Shown piece after piece: positions 12,055 to 24,890 of a DNA stretch of 64,000 bases. The notes under the pieces were generated by a model, which worked only from the letters and a program-made list of their open reading frames with translations, made no database searches and was not told the origin of the DNA. The stretch is from Azolla caroliniana (Eukaryota; Plantae; Polypodiophyta): the NCBI GenBank assembly GCA_043228905.1, contig JBHGNT010000022.1, positions 9,300,001-9,364,000 on the forward strand. Direction: 5' to 3'. The first letter of the stretch is position 1; the number at the start of each line of letters is the position of its first letter. Made by a program: the position numbers and the translations under genes.

Positions 12055-13847
12055 AATGGCACGTGCTTGGACAACTCCGTGATATTGCCACCATTTGGAA
12101 ATCTTGATCAAGGTAGAATTAAGGAAATTTTATATTTGTAAAACATACGAATCTAATAGGATTGACCCAAGAGTATTTCCTTGAATCCCCTCCGCGTGGG
12201 AGGGTACCATGATGTGGTCATTATTATGAGCTATAAACATATACATAATGGGAAAACATTAATCGATGTCATGATCTCACTTTAGTACCCTTCTATATGT
12301 TTCAATATCAAGTAACTATGGTAACTAAAAGGTGTTTTAAAAACGATAGGAGTGACAAATGGATATATTTCCCTTATCTCTATATTCCTTTTTTTTATGG
12401 CAGCTCCTAAAGGCTCAACCATGGTTTTTCACTTGATGGATAGTTTATACATGAAAAATATTATAAATAAATTAAGGCATTGTGCCCACCCATGTGGTTT
12501 TGGCTCTTTATATCCTTTAACGAGGACCCCGAAGTGAACTAGTGTTATTCCTTTACATTAGCTTGTTTTTTCCAACCATTGTTGTGTTGATATCTAGTAA
12601 TTTTTCTGGAAGTTTTTACTGGTGATGTTTCTTTAGCCTTGAAATAATGCCAAGAAGTTAATTTGCTTACTTAGTGATGTATCTCTTAGTCTCCTCTTCC
12701 ACATTTTCGTAACATCTTGCTTTGTGATTGGTTGCTTTAATGTTTCTGAAAGAGTTTATGCTTTACCTTTTTTTATTCTCCATTGCTTCAATTTCTTATC
12801 CCTTTATTAGAGATGAGATTTCACGAGAATTCTTGAAAAGAGAATAGAAAGCTCTTCGAGATTTGGCTTAGAGTCTTTTCAACCTTCATTTCAATCTAGA
12901 GAAGATCATATGACTCATGAAGCTTTTTCTTCTTTGTCGATACACCTACCTCAAGAGATTTGCTGAAGGTGCATAGATGTTTCTTAGTGGAAAGTGAAAT
13001 CCATTTAATATGATTTTCTACTTATCTCTCCTCTAGAAACACACAAACAAACAACCCAAATATGCTAGCACACTTTAGCTCCATGCTAACACACATATAG
13101 ATAAACAAACAAACATACCTATATACATACAAACGTATTTAAAAAAAAGAAAATTTATTAAATCGAATAATATAACCCTAAACTTAAGAACATCAAGTCC
13201 AAGTTACAAAAAAGGTGTGCAAAAGTAGTTGAAGAGGAGGTAAAAGTAGTATTTATACGTAAGCCAAATACGTTTCAAGGGGCTCAACTATCTTGTTTTA
13301 GTTTATCAAACCATGTAATGTCTTCTCTAGGTTTGAAAACCATCCTTGTATCTTCGCAAGGATGCTCACAAAAATATGGCTACTTGAGTACGGGAGAAAG
13401 AAGAGAAAAAGGAACATTCGACTACAACCCATCGTAAAACTCAAGAACACTTAAAAACTCTAAAATTTGAGAAAGCACTAAAACTAAAACTAAAACTAAA
13501 ATTCTAAAATGTGACAAGGGGAACAAAATAATAAAAAAAAGAAAATACCATGAAAGAATTAACCCTCAAACATGGGACGAAACCCTAAAATCTAAACAAC
13601 CATAAAATAGATGAACAAAAATTAGATCGATCCATTTACATCGGAAGAAAAATCCTTACCATGCAAAATGGAAACACATATGGAATCTTTAATAAACACC
13701 TTTTGATCTATTAACATTGGCATATCTATTGTGGCCCCCCCACAACTAATGCAACATGTGTGTTATTAAATATTAACCAATGTGTGTTTAAATAAGACTT
13801 TCTTCTCATAATATAACAGTACAGAACACTTTCTTGTATTATTGGGG

Positions 13848-13875
13848 TAGGGTTTAGGGTTTAGGGTTTAGGGTT
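13848..13875 (+). repeat. Short interstitial plant telomeric repeat (TTTAGGG)x3-4
   Basis: tagggtttagggtttagggtttagggtt seen directly. Confidence 0.85.
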
Positions 13876-13963
13876 CTTAGATTATTGGCATATATAGCAA
13901 CACTTTATATTACTTTTGTGCTCTTTTTGAACATAGATATTAATGGTGTGGATAACACTTTCA

Positions 13964-14219
13964 TATTGAATGGTGTATACAACATTGTAAGAACTGGAGC
14001 TAAGGTGATGATTGTGTTCTTTTCCCTAATTGAGGGTGGGTACATGTGTAAGATGTGTGTAAACAACAAACTTTAGGAGCGAATCTGATTATTGAATGGT
14101 GTATACAACATTGTAAGAACTGGAGCTAAGGTGATGATTGTGTTCTTTTTCCTAATTGAGGGTGGGTACATGTGTAAGATGTGTGTAAACAACAAACTTT
14201 AGGAGCGAATCTCATTATT
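13964..14219. repeat. 126-bp tandem duplication (2 copies)
   Basis: tattgaatggtgtatacaacattgtaagaactggagc... at 13964 and 14090, near-identical. Confidence 0.95.
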
Positions 14220-17200
14220 GTGCCCTTTTCAGGGTTGTTACTAATGTAACATGTGGATACATAACACTTTATTGTACCCCTTTTCCGCGTTTGTGGAGGG
14301 TCACCATTGATAATGTGTCGTTATTGCTACAACACAGTGGCCATGGCTATAACACATGGTTGTTACATGGTCAATAATAGTCTCGGTACGAAAGCCAAAT
14401 CTTCAAAACAACAAAATATGATGTTGTTGTGGTCCACAACCCCAACTCCCATGTTTTTTATCAATTATGTTAGAAAAAAAATTACATAAGCCCATGAAAT
14501 ATTAGATATTTCAATGAAATACTAAAGAATTATTATGCAAACAATGGGCAAACAATACTCTTTTGGAGTACCATACATACAAACAAATAGTAATAAGTTT
14601 GGCCTTGTCCAAACCAACCAGGGTAAGCCTTAACTAGTTTGGCCCAATTTTGCTCCCTGTCGGCTTGAGCCTTCCCAAACCGAGTTCAAACTAGTTTAGG
14701 AAGCTCAAGCCTTAATTGAACCGAACCATGAAACCGTTGGCTTGAACCACGGAGCTGTGTTGCTCATTCTTAGGAATAAAGCTCCTCTCCCCCTCCTCTC
14801 CCTCCTCATTTTGGCCTCTTCCCTTCTATCCCATCCTCATTACATCAACTTGGGATTATCTCACCTCTTCCATCATCCTCACAACACCATCTCTCACAAT
14901 TATGTCGCAGATCCTCATCATTCCGCCATTGTTCTCGATCAGTTCCACCGTCTCATCTCTACTAAAGATGCAGTTGGATCAATACCAAATGATTCTTCTT
15001 CTTCTTCTTCTTCTTCTTCTGATTTTGACGGAGTAGGCAGAGACGTGTGGCATTCTTCTTATGCCATCACCGTGCCTGCCATAGACTATGAAATCACGGG
15101 AGAGAAAGAAGCTCACATGGCTTTGATTCTCGCCATATATTGAGAAACGTGTATGGGGTGCACCATATATCAGATCGGTATGTAAGTCTCTGCATAATTA
15201 ATATACAAAGAACTGCTGGGAATATGTCCCTCTAGTGGGAGGAGCCGATAGTTTGGACCAAGAAGTGTCGGCAGTCGAAGACTAGTAGGAGCCAACTGTT
15301 CAGGCCAAGTGCCGATGGTTGAAGAGTCAACTGCGAGAAAGTCAATTGGGCGAGTCAATAGAAAGGAGATCCAGGTCAAAGACATGACCGACTAGTCGGG
15401 CCGACCGGATGGTCGATGACCAAGCCGACATGTCCGATCGATGGGACAATTGACACTAGAGTCGACTGATGGCTACTTATTATTAAGATAATAATAGTAG
15501 CGATGTGTAGTAGGGGATACATTTGTAAATAACCAATATTGTGTATCAGTATAAATACACCTAGGGCAAACAATGTATCTGTGAGGAAGAGTGTAGAACA
15601 AAATAGTGTGTGAGCCTCTATAGCGTAGTGTGACAGAGAAGAGAGAGTGTGTGAGCGTGAGAGAGAGCGGCTGCAAAGTTCAACGAACTTGCTAAGAACC
15701 CTAAGCAGGTTATCCTTTGTGTGTGTTAGAGAATATTGTAACTGTTTTTTTGTACTCTCTTGTGTATAGTGGAATATATGTTCCTGTGGTTTTCTCCGTT
15801 TAGGGTTTCCACGTGAAATCTATGTACACTTTTCGTGTGTTTTTGAGTTGTGTATTTCAGCGTATTCCTTTTCTCGTGGATTGACGATTCGTTTCCCAAT
15901 AAACTACTATTAGAGCTTGAGGTTCAAGCATACAAGGAGGTGTGAGTGGCTTCCTAGGTATGATAGTTCTGAACTCATAGAACTATGCAGAATGGAAGAT
16001 CAAAACGGAAGACCTCCTCATAGGGAAAGACCTGTATGAGCCCGTCGACAGATTAGATGTACCTAGGGGGGTATTGGAGTATGATTGGAAACTTCTTAAC
16101 AGAAAGGCAGTGGCCACCATCAGACAATGTGTCGATGTGAGTGTCCTTTAGCATGTGGCAAACGACACAAATGCCCACGAGATGTGGCAGAAGTTGTGAG
16201 GGCTATATGAGAGGAAGAACGCCCTCAATAAAACCTCAATAGTGAGAGCATTGTCGAACACATCAACACATTCACGGGGCATGTGAATCAACTTGCCACA
16301 ACCAAGTTTCCTCTTGACGATGCGATGCAAGCCATCCTACTGATGTGCACACTGTCGGATAGCTGGGAGAACCTGGTGGTTACTCTCAGCACCTCTTGTC
16401 AAGAAGAGAACTTGTCTTTACAAGTGGTGAAGCAAAGCATCCTCAATGAGGAGACAAGAAGGATGGACAAGGGTGTCCTAGTATAGTTGGAGTCAAATTT
16501 GACTCAACACACCGGTAGAGGAAGAAACCGGCGAAGGAGTCCACCAAGGAAAGAAAAGTCTCAAGCCAAGTCGAAGTTCAAAGGTAAGCTTGTATACTTT
16601 TATTGTGGAAAGCCTGGACATTTCCAGAAAGGACTACCGACACCTCAAGAAGGAAAAGAGTGTCGGTAATAATGTCGAACCCATGAGGATTCCTGAAGAA
16701 AAGAACACTTCAGCCATTGCTATGAATGAAGAACTTTTGTTCATTTGTGAACAGACAAGTGCAAGTGTTGCAAGCGAAGAATGCACTTGGGTAATCGACT
16801 TCGGTGCATCTTTCCACATAACTCTATCAAGAGAGTATTTCTCGACTTACATAACCGATGATCATGGTTATGTAAAGATGGGTGACAGTGGGGAGTGGAA
16901 GATAGTCGGAATCGGAAGTGTTTGCCTAACGACGTCGACAGGGTGTCGATTGACTTTGGAGGATGTTTGACATGTCCCCGATTGGAAAGATTGATGATGG
17001 AGGAACCTCATATCGATTGGAAAGATTGTCGATGAAGGCTATAGTGGTATTTTTCATAATGGAAAGTGGAAATTATGTCGAGGAAATCTTATAGTGGCCC
17101 GAGCACAAAAAGAGGGCACATTGTATATGATGCATGCCCGATTGTGCAAGTCGGAAGTAAATGTGGCAGTTGACTCGAGTGTAGATTTATGGCATAAGAG

Positions 17201-17430
17201 ACTAGGCCACATGAGTGAGAAGGGACTGCATTTGTTGGCCGAGCAGAAGCTTCTACCATAACTAAAGGGAGTGCACATGGAGAAGTGCGTCGACTGCTTA
17301 GTTCGAAAGCAGTAAAGAGCAGGAAGAAAAGAAGCTGCACTGGAACTGGTACACACGGATGTGTGTTATGTAGATGCTCTGCCGCATCGAGGCGGACTGT
17401 ACTTTGTGACTTTTATTGATGACTATAGTT

Positions 17431-20400
17431 TGTTGGGAGACAGGTCCCTCCGGATGGGAAGGGAGAAGAACAGTGCCAATGAACAAACTCGGCCGAGGCC
17501 GAATCGGGATGAGGAGTACCCGGCTACGGAGAGCCGGATGGCGCAGACCCGGTATGAACCGGATAAAGAGACATATTCGTAAATATGTTTCCTAAGAGTT
17601 CATCGAGGCTATATTTGTAAATAGCCAAAAAGTCATATTAGTATAAATATGACTTAGGGCAAACTTTTAGTAACTGTTGTTGTAGTCGTCATTTTCTGTT
17701 TTGCACGAGATTAGTGTGCGTAACTGTACAGAGAGAGAGAGAGAGAGAGAAAGAGGTCGTTGCCTCTGTTCTAACCGCCGCCTGTGGCAAAGATTTGTGA
17801 GCACGTGGTCGGTGCCTCAGTGAACTCACTGTTGTATATTCCTACATAGTGACAGTTTGCAGCTTGTGGGCTGCCGTGGTTTTTCCCCTAGTTTGGGGTT
17901 TTCCACGTAAACCTCCTGTGTATTCTCTTCTTCTTCTTGTCGAGTTTTATTTCCCGTTTTCTGTGTATCATTCTAAGCTCGGTTGTGGCCGAGCGTCGCG
18001 CATAAGGAACGTTGGGTTCCCGTCAAGTGGTATCAGAGCGAAACGACACAGAAAATGGACGAATCGTTTGGCGGCATGTTCAAGCTCACCGGCTCCAACT
18101 ATTCAGTGTGGAAGTCGAAGATGAGAGACATACTCGTGGTTAAAGATCTTTGGCTACCGGTTCAGTTCGGGGATAAGAGACCGGACAAGATCGACGCCAC
18201 AATATGGGAGGTGATGCACATGAAGACAACGGCGTACATACGGTGCTTCATCGACATGAGCCTATACAACAACTTCAATGAAGAGAGCAAGGCTCATGAG
18301 CTCTAGGAAGATCGGCATAATGTTTCAGAACAAAAATGTTGTCAATCAGGTGTCGGTATTCCAGAAGCTAGTAAGACTCCGGTACCAAGATGGCTCTAGC
18401 ATGGCGGAGCACATGAATGCCTTCTAGGGGCTGATCCACCAGGCAACTTCATTGGAAGTACCTCTCGCCGATGAGGTACTAGCGCTACTCCTGCTCAGTT
18501 CCCTCCCGGATAGCTGGGAGACGTTGGTTGTCACTTTGGGCAACGCCGGGCTGGAAGGAAAACGGTTATCCCTAGCAAGAGTAAAGTCGAGCTTGCTAGA
18601 TGAGGAGGCACGTCGGAAAGACAAGGATACGAGCTCCGACTCCAAAGCGCTCATTACCGAATCGGAACGCGGAAGACATAGAAACCGTAGTCCCCAGAAC
18701 CGGGAGAAGTCGGGGACACGGTCAAAGTGAAGGGGGAGGCCCACTTGCTTCTATTGCGGCAAGCCGGGACACTTCCAAAAGAACTGTCGGCATTTCCGTA
18801 AAGACAAGGAAACCGACGGTACCGATTCGAAGCAAACCCCGGACCGGAACGGTAAAGACCGGAGGGGGCCGGACCGGAAGGGAACGACGGCAATCGCGGC
18901 AAGTGAAGAAGAGTTGATGCTCATCACTGAGGAGTGTGAGATAAACCTTGCCGGCGACGAGATGACCTGGGTGGTAGACTCCGGAGCGTTGTTCCACCTT
19001 ACCCCGGACCGGAAATGCTTCTCATCCTACTCAGCCGATGACCACGGCTGTGTCCGGATGGGGAATGAAGGTACATGCCGAATTGTCGGCATAGGAGACG
19101 TGTGGCTGTCAACACCAACCGGATGCAAGTTGCTGCTGAAGGATGTCCGACACATTCCAGAGGTTCGTCTGAACCTGCTATCAGCCGGTCGGCTAGATGA
19201 TGAAGGCTACACGGGTAGCATCCGGAACGGGGTCATGAAGTTCAGCAAAGGGAGCCTGATTGTGGCTCGGGCCCGGAAGGTCAACACGTTGTACCTGATG
19301 AATGCCCGGTTATGTCCGGAAGAAGTGAACGTGGCATCCGACACTGCCGGTGAGCTGTGGCACAAGAGGCTGTGTCATATGAGCGAGAAGGGGATGAAGA
19401 GGCTTGCAGACGACAACCTCATTCCAGTGAAGAACGTGCACTTAGAGAAGTGCACTGATTGTCTGGCCGGTAAGTAGAACCGGACCTCCTTCATACCAAG
19501 GCCACCGATGAGACGGAAGGCACCACTGGAGTTGGTGCATACGGATGTGTGTCAAGTAGACACGAAGTCACATGCCGGAGCGCAGTACTTCGTGACGTTC
19601 ATAGATGACCACAGCCGAAAGCTGTGGGCCACACCGTTGAAGACAAAGGATCAGGTGTTATCCGTCTTCAAAGAGCTCCACGCGAGAGTGGAAAGAGAAA
19701 CCGGCCGGAAGCTGAAGGCGGTTCGAGCAGATAACGGAGGAGAGTACCGGGGGCAGTTCGAGGAGTACTGCCGCTCGAAGGGAATCCGACTCGAATTTAC
19801 CGTGCCGAAGACGCCGGAACTAAACGGGCTGGCCGAGAGGATGAACCGGACCATAATGGAGAGGGTTCGGAGTATGCTAGCGCATGCAAAACTACCCAAG
19901 AAGTTTTGGGCTAAGGCACTGTCGACGGCGACGGCGACATACGTGATAAACAGATCACCCTCAGTACCCTTGGACGGAGACACGCCACAGAGAGTGTGGA
20001 CCGGTAAGGACGTGTCCTCCCGGCATCTGAAGGTGTTCGGGTGTCTCGTGTACGTGCATGTAGCAAAGGACCGGAGAGGAAAGTTAGATCCAAAGACCCG
20101 GCCATGCATATTCCTCGGTTACGGTGACGATGAGTTCGGCTACCGAGTGTGGGACCCGGTCGACAAGAAGGTATTCCGGAGTCGAGATATTATCTTCATG
20201 GAGGACAAGACGCTCGCTGACTGGGAGTCGGAGAAGAAGATAATGAACTCCGAGTCGACCAGTAAGGATAGACTCTACGATGAGTAGACCCAACCGGCAA
20301 GAGACTGGTTAGCACTCGAGGAACCAGCCGGTTACGGTGAGGATACCGAACCGGCAGAAGAAGAAGTAGAGGAATCTGAGACCGGAACCGGCCAAGACCC

Positions 20401-22691
20401 CGAATCGGATTCGGATGAAGAGCAAATGGAGGAGCCGGCTACCGAAGCCCAAAGACGGAGATATCCTCTCAGAGAGAGAAGGGCCCCCCGGAGATTTCCG
20501 GATGCAGAGCATGTTCTTCTGACCGATGAAGGGGAGCCGGAAAGCTTCGAAGAAGCGAAGGATGACACCCACAGCCGCAAATGGTTAAGTGCCATGCAGG
20601 ATGAGAGGGATTCCCTGCACGAATTGGTGGAGTTGTCGAAAGGAAAGCGGGCACTCCGAAACAAGTGGGTGTACAAGTTGAAACCGGGAGATGCCGAAAA
20701 CCCCCCAAGATACAAAGCCAGGATCGTGGTGAAAGGGTTCCAGAAAAAGAAGGGCGTGGACTTCGACGAGATATTTGCCCCGGTAGTAAAGATGACCTCC
20801 ATCCGGACGGTGCTGAGTATAGCAGCAAGCATGGACCTCGAGGTAGAGCAGCTGGACGTGAAGACGACATTCCTTCACGGCGACCTCGAAGAGGAGATCT
20901 ACATGCAGCAACCGGAAGGATTCGTGGAGAAAGGGAAGGAGCACCTGGTATGTCGGTTGAAGAAGAGCCTGTACGGACTGAAGCAGGCTCCCCGACAATG
21001 GTACCGGAAGTTCGATTCCTTCATGACCGATCAAGGGTACCACAAGACACAGGCCGATCACTGTGTGTTTGTGAAGAAGTTCGAAGGAGGCGACTTCCTA
21101 ATACTCCTTCTGTACGTGGATGACATGTTGATCGTCGGACGTGACCAAGTCAAAATACGGATGCTGAAGAAGGCTCTCAACCGGACCTTCTCAATGAAAG
21201 ACTTGGGTCCAGCAAGACAGATGTTGGGGATGCACATCATCTGGAACCGGTCAGCGAAGCAATTATGGCTGTCACAAGAGAAGTATGTGACAAAGGTGCT
21301 TTACCGGTTCAACATGTCAGAAGCGAAACCGGTCGGATCGACACTTCCGGCAAACTGCAGACTATCCGGCAAGCAAAGCCCGAAGACGAAAGCAGAGAAG
21401 GCGGATATGATGAAGATACCATATGCCTCTACCGTCGGGAGCTTGATGTACGCAATGGTTTGTACCCGACCGGATATAGGATATGCAGTCGGAGTGGTGA
21501 GCCGGTTCATGTGTAATCCCGGCAAGGAGCACTGGAACGCGGTCAAATGGATACTCCGGTATTTGAGGGGCACTTCAAATATGTGTCTCCGATTCGGCTC
21601 AGGAAAACCTCAACTAGACGGGTTCACCGATTTGGACATGTCGGCTGATGTGGATACCAGCCGGTCTACATCCGGGTATGTAATGACATATGCAGGGGGA
21701 GCTGTTTCGTAGCAGTCGAGGCTACAGAAGACGGTTGCATTGTCAACCACGGAGGCGGAGTACATGGCGGCTGTGGAAGCCGGCAAGGAAATTTTATGGA
21801 TGAAGGACTTCATCGGAGAGCTCGGTATACGGCAAGAGGAGTACCGACTCTATTGCGACAGTCAAAGTGCCATCCACCTTGCTAAGAATGTGGCCTACCA
21901 TTCCCGGACGAAGCATATCCAACGGAGGTATCACTGGATCCGGGAAAGAGTAGATGACCAGGAGTTCGCATTGACGAAGATCCACACGGCCAAGAACGGG
22001 TCAGATATGCTGACCAAAGTGCTGACACCCGACAAGCTGGACGCATGTCGGAAGAGGATCGGACTGGTAAGACACCCCATGCCGGAGTGAAGGGGGAGTT
22101 TGTTGGGAGACAGGTCCCTCCGGATGCGAAGGGAGAAGAACAGTGCCGATGAACAAACTCGGCTGAGGCCGAATCGGGATGAGGAGTACCCGGCTACGGA
22201 GAGCCGGATGGCGCAGACCCGGTATGAACCGGATGAAGAGACATATTCGTAAATATGTTTCCTAAGAGTTCATCGAGGCTATATTTGTAAATAGCCAAAA
22301 AGTCATATTAGTATAAATATGACTTAGGGCAAACTTTTAGTAACTGTTGTTGTAGTTGTCATTTTATGTTTTGCACGAGATTAGTGTGCGTAACTGTACA
22401 GAGAGAGAGAGAGAGAAAGAGGTCGTTGCCTCTGTTGTAACCGCCGCCTGTGGCAAAGATTTGTGAGCACTTGGTCGGTGCCTCAGTGAACTCACTGTTG
22501 TATATTCCTACATAGTGACAGTTTGCAGCCTGTGGGCTGCCGTGGTTTTTCCCCTAGTTTGGGGTTTTCCACGTAAACCTCCTGTGTATTCTCTTCTTCT
22601 TCTTGTCGTGTTTTATTTCCCGTTTTCTGTGTATCATTCTAAGCTCGGTTGTGGCCGAGCGTCGCGCATAAGGAACGTTGGGTTCCCGTCA
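17431..22691 (+). mobile_element. Full-length Ty1/copia (Tnt1/Tork-like), LTRs 17431-18025 and 22101-22691
   Basis: TG..CA LTRs differing by ~10 substitutions plus a GA-repeat indel (by-eye count); PBS TGGTATCAGAGC at 18028; PPT gaagggggagtt; TSD tagtt/cagtt. Confidence 0.97.
18055..22090 (+). pseudogene. gag-pol: Copia gag-pol (gag, PR, IN, RT, RNase H) with stops and frameshifts
   Basis: WVVDSGA, LELVHTDVC, RADNGGEY, QLDVKTTFLHG, LYVDDML, RTKHIQRRYHW. Confidence 0.95.
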
Positions 22692-24890
22692 CAGTTGGAA
22701 GTTGTGGGCTTCCGTACTAAAGTCAAAAGATCAAGTATTGTCATTTTTGAAGGAGTTCTAGGCAAGAGCTAAACGGGAGTCAAGTCGGAAGTTGAAGGCT
22801 TTCCAAACTGACAATGGTGGTGAATATAAAGGGTAGTTTGAGGAATACTGCAAGGCCCAAGGTATGCGAATCGAATACATAGTACCGAAGACCCTTGAGT
22901 TGAATGGGCTTGTAGAGAGGATGAACTGGACACTCATGGAGAGAGTAAGGAGCATGGTGTCACATGCTAATTTGCCAAAAATATACTGGGTTGAGGCGAT
23001 CTACATGACTGTTTATCTTATCATCAGGTCTCCCTCAGTGCCATTGAAAGGTGATGTCCCACAAAGGGTGTGGACAGAAAAGTATGTCTCCTACCGACAC
23101 TTGAGGGTGTTCAAATGTCTAGTATACATGCATGTGGCTAAGGATTAGAGGGCGAAGCTTGATAGTAAGTCGAAACCATGCATATTCATGGGATACTCGG
23201 AAGATGAGTTTGGCAATAGGCTATGGGATCTAGTCGACAAGAAGGTAGTGAGGAGTTGGGACATAGTCTTCTTGGAAGACAAGACCATAGAGGACTGGAA
23301 GCAACAGAAGTCAGATTCGACTAACTAGTCAACCTCCACTACTATCGACTTGAGGCCAAGTGAACCAGCACAGTCAGTTGTTCGGAGATAGCCAGTCAGC
23401 ATCGCCGAATCCGACTTAGTCGGGTCAGAGAGACCGACCAACTATGAGTTTGAGTCAGCAGATCTATTAAAGTCGATCAATGAATACGAATCAAAGTCAG
23501 TGGACATCTGACAACTAATCGACATGAACGAACCGAGAGAAGAGTTGTCAGAGACATCCGAATGAGGGCCAGCAATGAGTGGAAGGAGACACCCACTCAA
23601 AGAAAGGAGAGCATCGATGACATATGCCAGTCAATACATCCTCTTGACTGATGAAGGTGAACCCAAGTGCTATGAAGAAGCCATTGTTGACAGCACAAAG
23701 AAAATGGTTGAGTGCAATGCAGGATGAGATGGATTCCCTGCATGAGAACTACACCTATGACCTAGTCGAACTACCGAAAGGTAAGAGAGCACTCAGGAAT
23801 AAATGGGTCTACAAGGTGAAGACTGAAGAAGTCGACAATGCGCCTAGGTATAAAGCTCGCATTGTGGTCAAGGGTTACCAACAGAAAAAGGGCGTTGACT
23901 TTGACGAAATATTCGCGCCAGTCATGAAGATGACATCCATTAGAACTGTTCTGAGCATAGTTGCCAGTATGGATCTGGAGATCGAACAATTGGATGTCAA
24001 GACGACATTCTTGCACAGGGAACTGGATAAAGAGATTTACATGCAGCAACCCGAAGGCTTTGAGGAGAAAGGGAAAGAGAACCTAGCATGTCGATTGAAG
24101 AAAAGCTTGTATGGGTTGAAACAAGCTCCACGCTAATGGTACAAGAAGTTCGAGTCCTTCATGGTAGAACAAAGGTTCCAGAAAACACAGTCTAATCACT
24201 GTGTGTTTGTCAAAAGGTATGATGAAGGTAACTTCTTGATTCTCTTGTTATATGTAGATGACATGTTGATAGTTGGTCAAGATACAAGGAAGATCGGAAG
24301 CTTGAAGAAAGCTCTAGGAAAATTGTTTGCCATGAAAGATCTTGAATCAGCGAAATAGATTGTTGAGAGACAAGCTCAATATCGGCCGGATCAGCTGACG
24401 AAGCCGAGGACCGGATCGGTCGGGACCGATTGGTTAGGCCGAATGTGTAAACCGGTACGCAGACCCGTGCGTAGGTAGGGCCGGATCGGTACGTAAACCG
24501 GGAGGCTGTTAGGAAAGATATTCCGTGAGGAATATATTTGGGAGTTAGTGTAGGAGCTCTTAATGAGCATTGAAGTACTGTCAGTACTTCGGTCAGTCCT
24601 TCTAGGACTTGTATAAAATTGTTCATTGAACACACATATGCATAGTGTGTGGTGAATAGAGATTGAGTATTTTTTGTTGAATATAGTTCTTATGTTTTCT
24701 GTCTCTCACTCTCTCTGTCTCTCCCGCGTATACTGCGTAAGCTCAAGCTCTTCATTAAACCTGAGTTTTCTTCCTTCTGTTCGGTCTTCATACTTGCTTC
24801 CGCACGTTACTTTTTACATGGTATCAAAGCGCGAGGGTTGAGAACCTCTCTGCAGCCGACATAGCTTGACGAAGAAGAACAAGAAGAACG

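Larger units (their letters stand above)
3793..12797 (+). repeat. Segmental duplication copy 1 (direct repeat of 48097-64000)
   Basis: Colinear near-identical sequence and identical nested junctions; ORF track shows paired ORFs (5385/49479, 5809/49903, 9161/53517, 11901/63104, 12352/63555). Confidence 0.96.

Noticed and set aside
13848-13875. Chromosome end or fusion site
   Set aside because: Only 3-4 units in one orientation; too short to support that.
14742-15143. 133-aa ORF as a host gene
   Set aside because: Non-ATG start, low complexity (His/Ser, TTC microsatellite), no recognisable domain.
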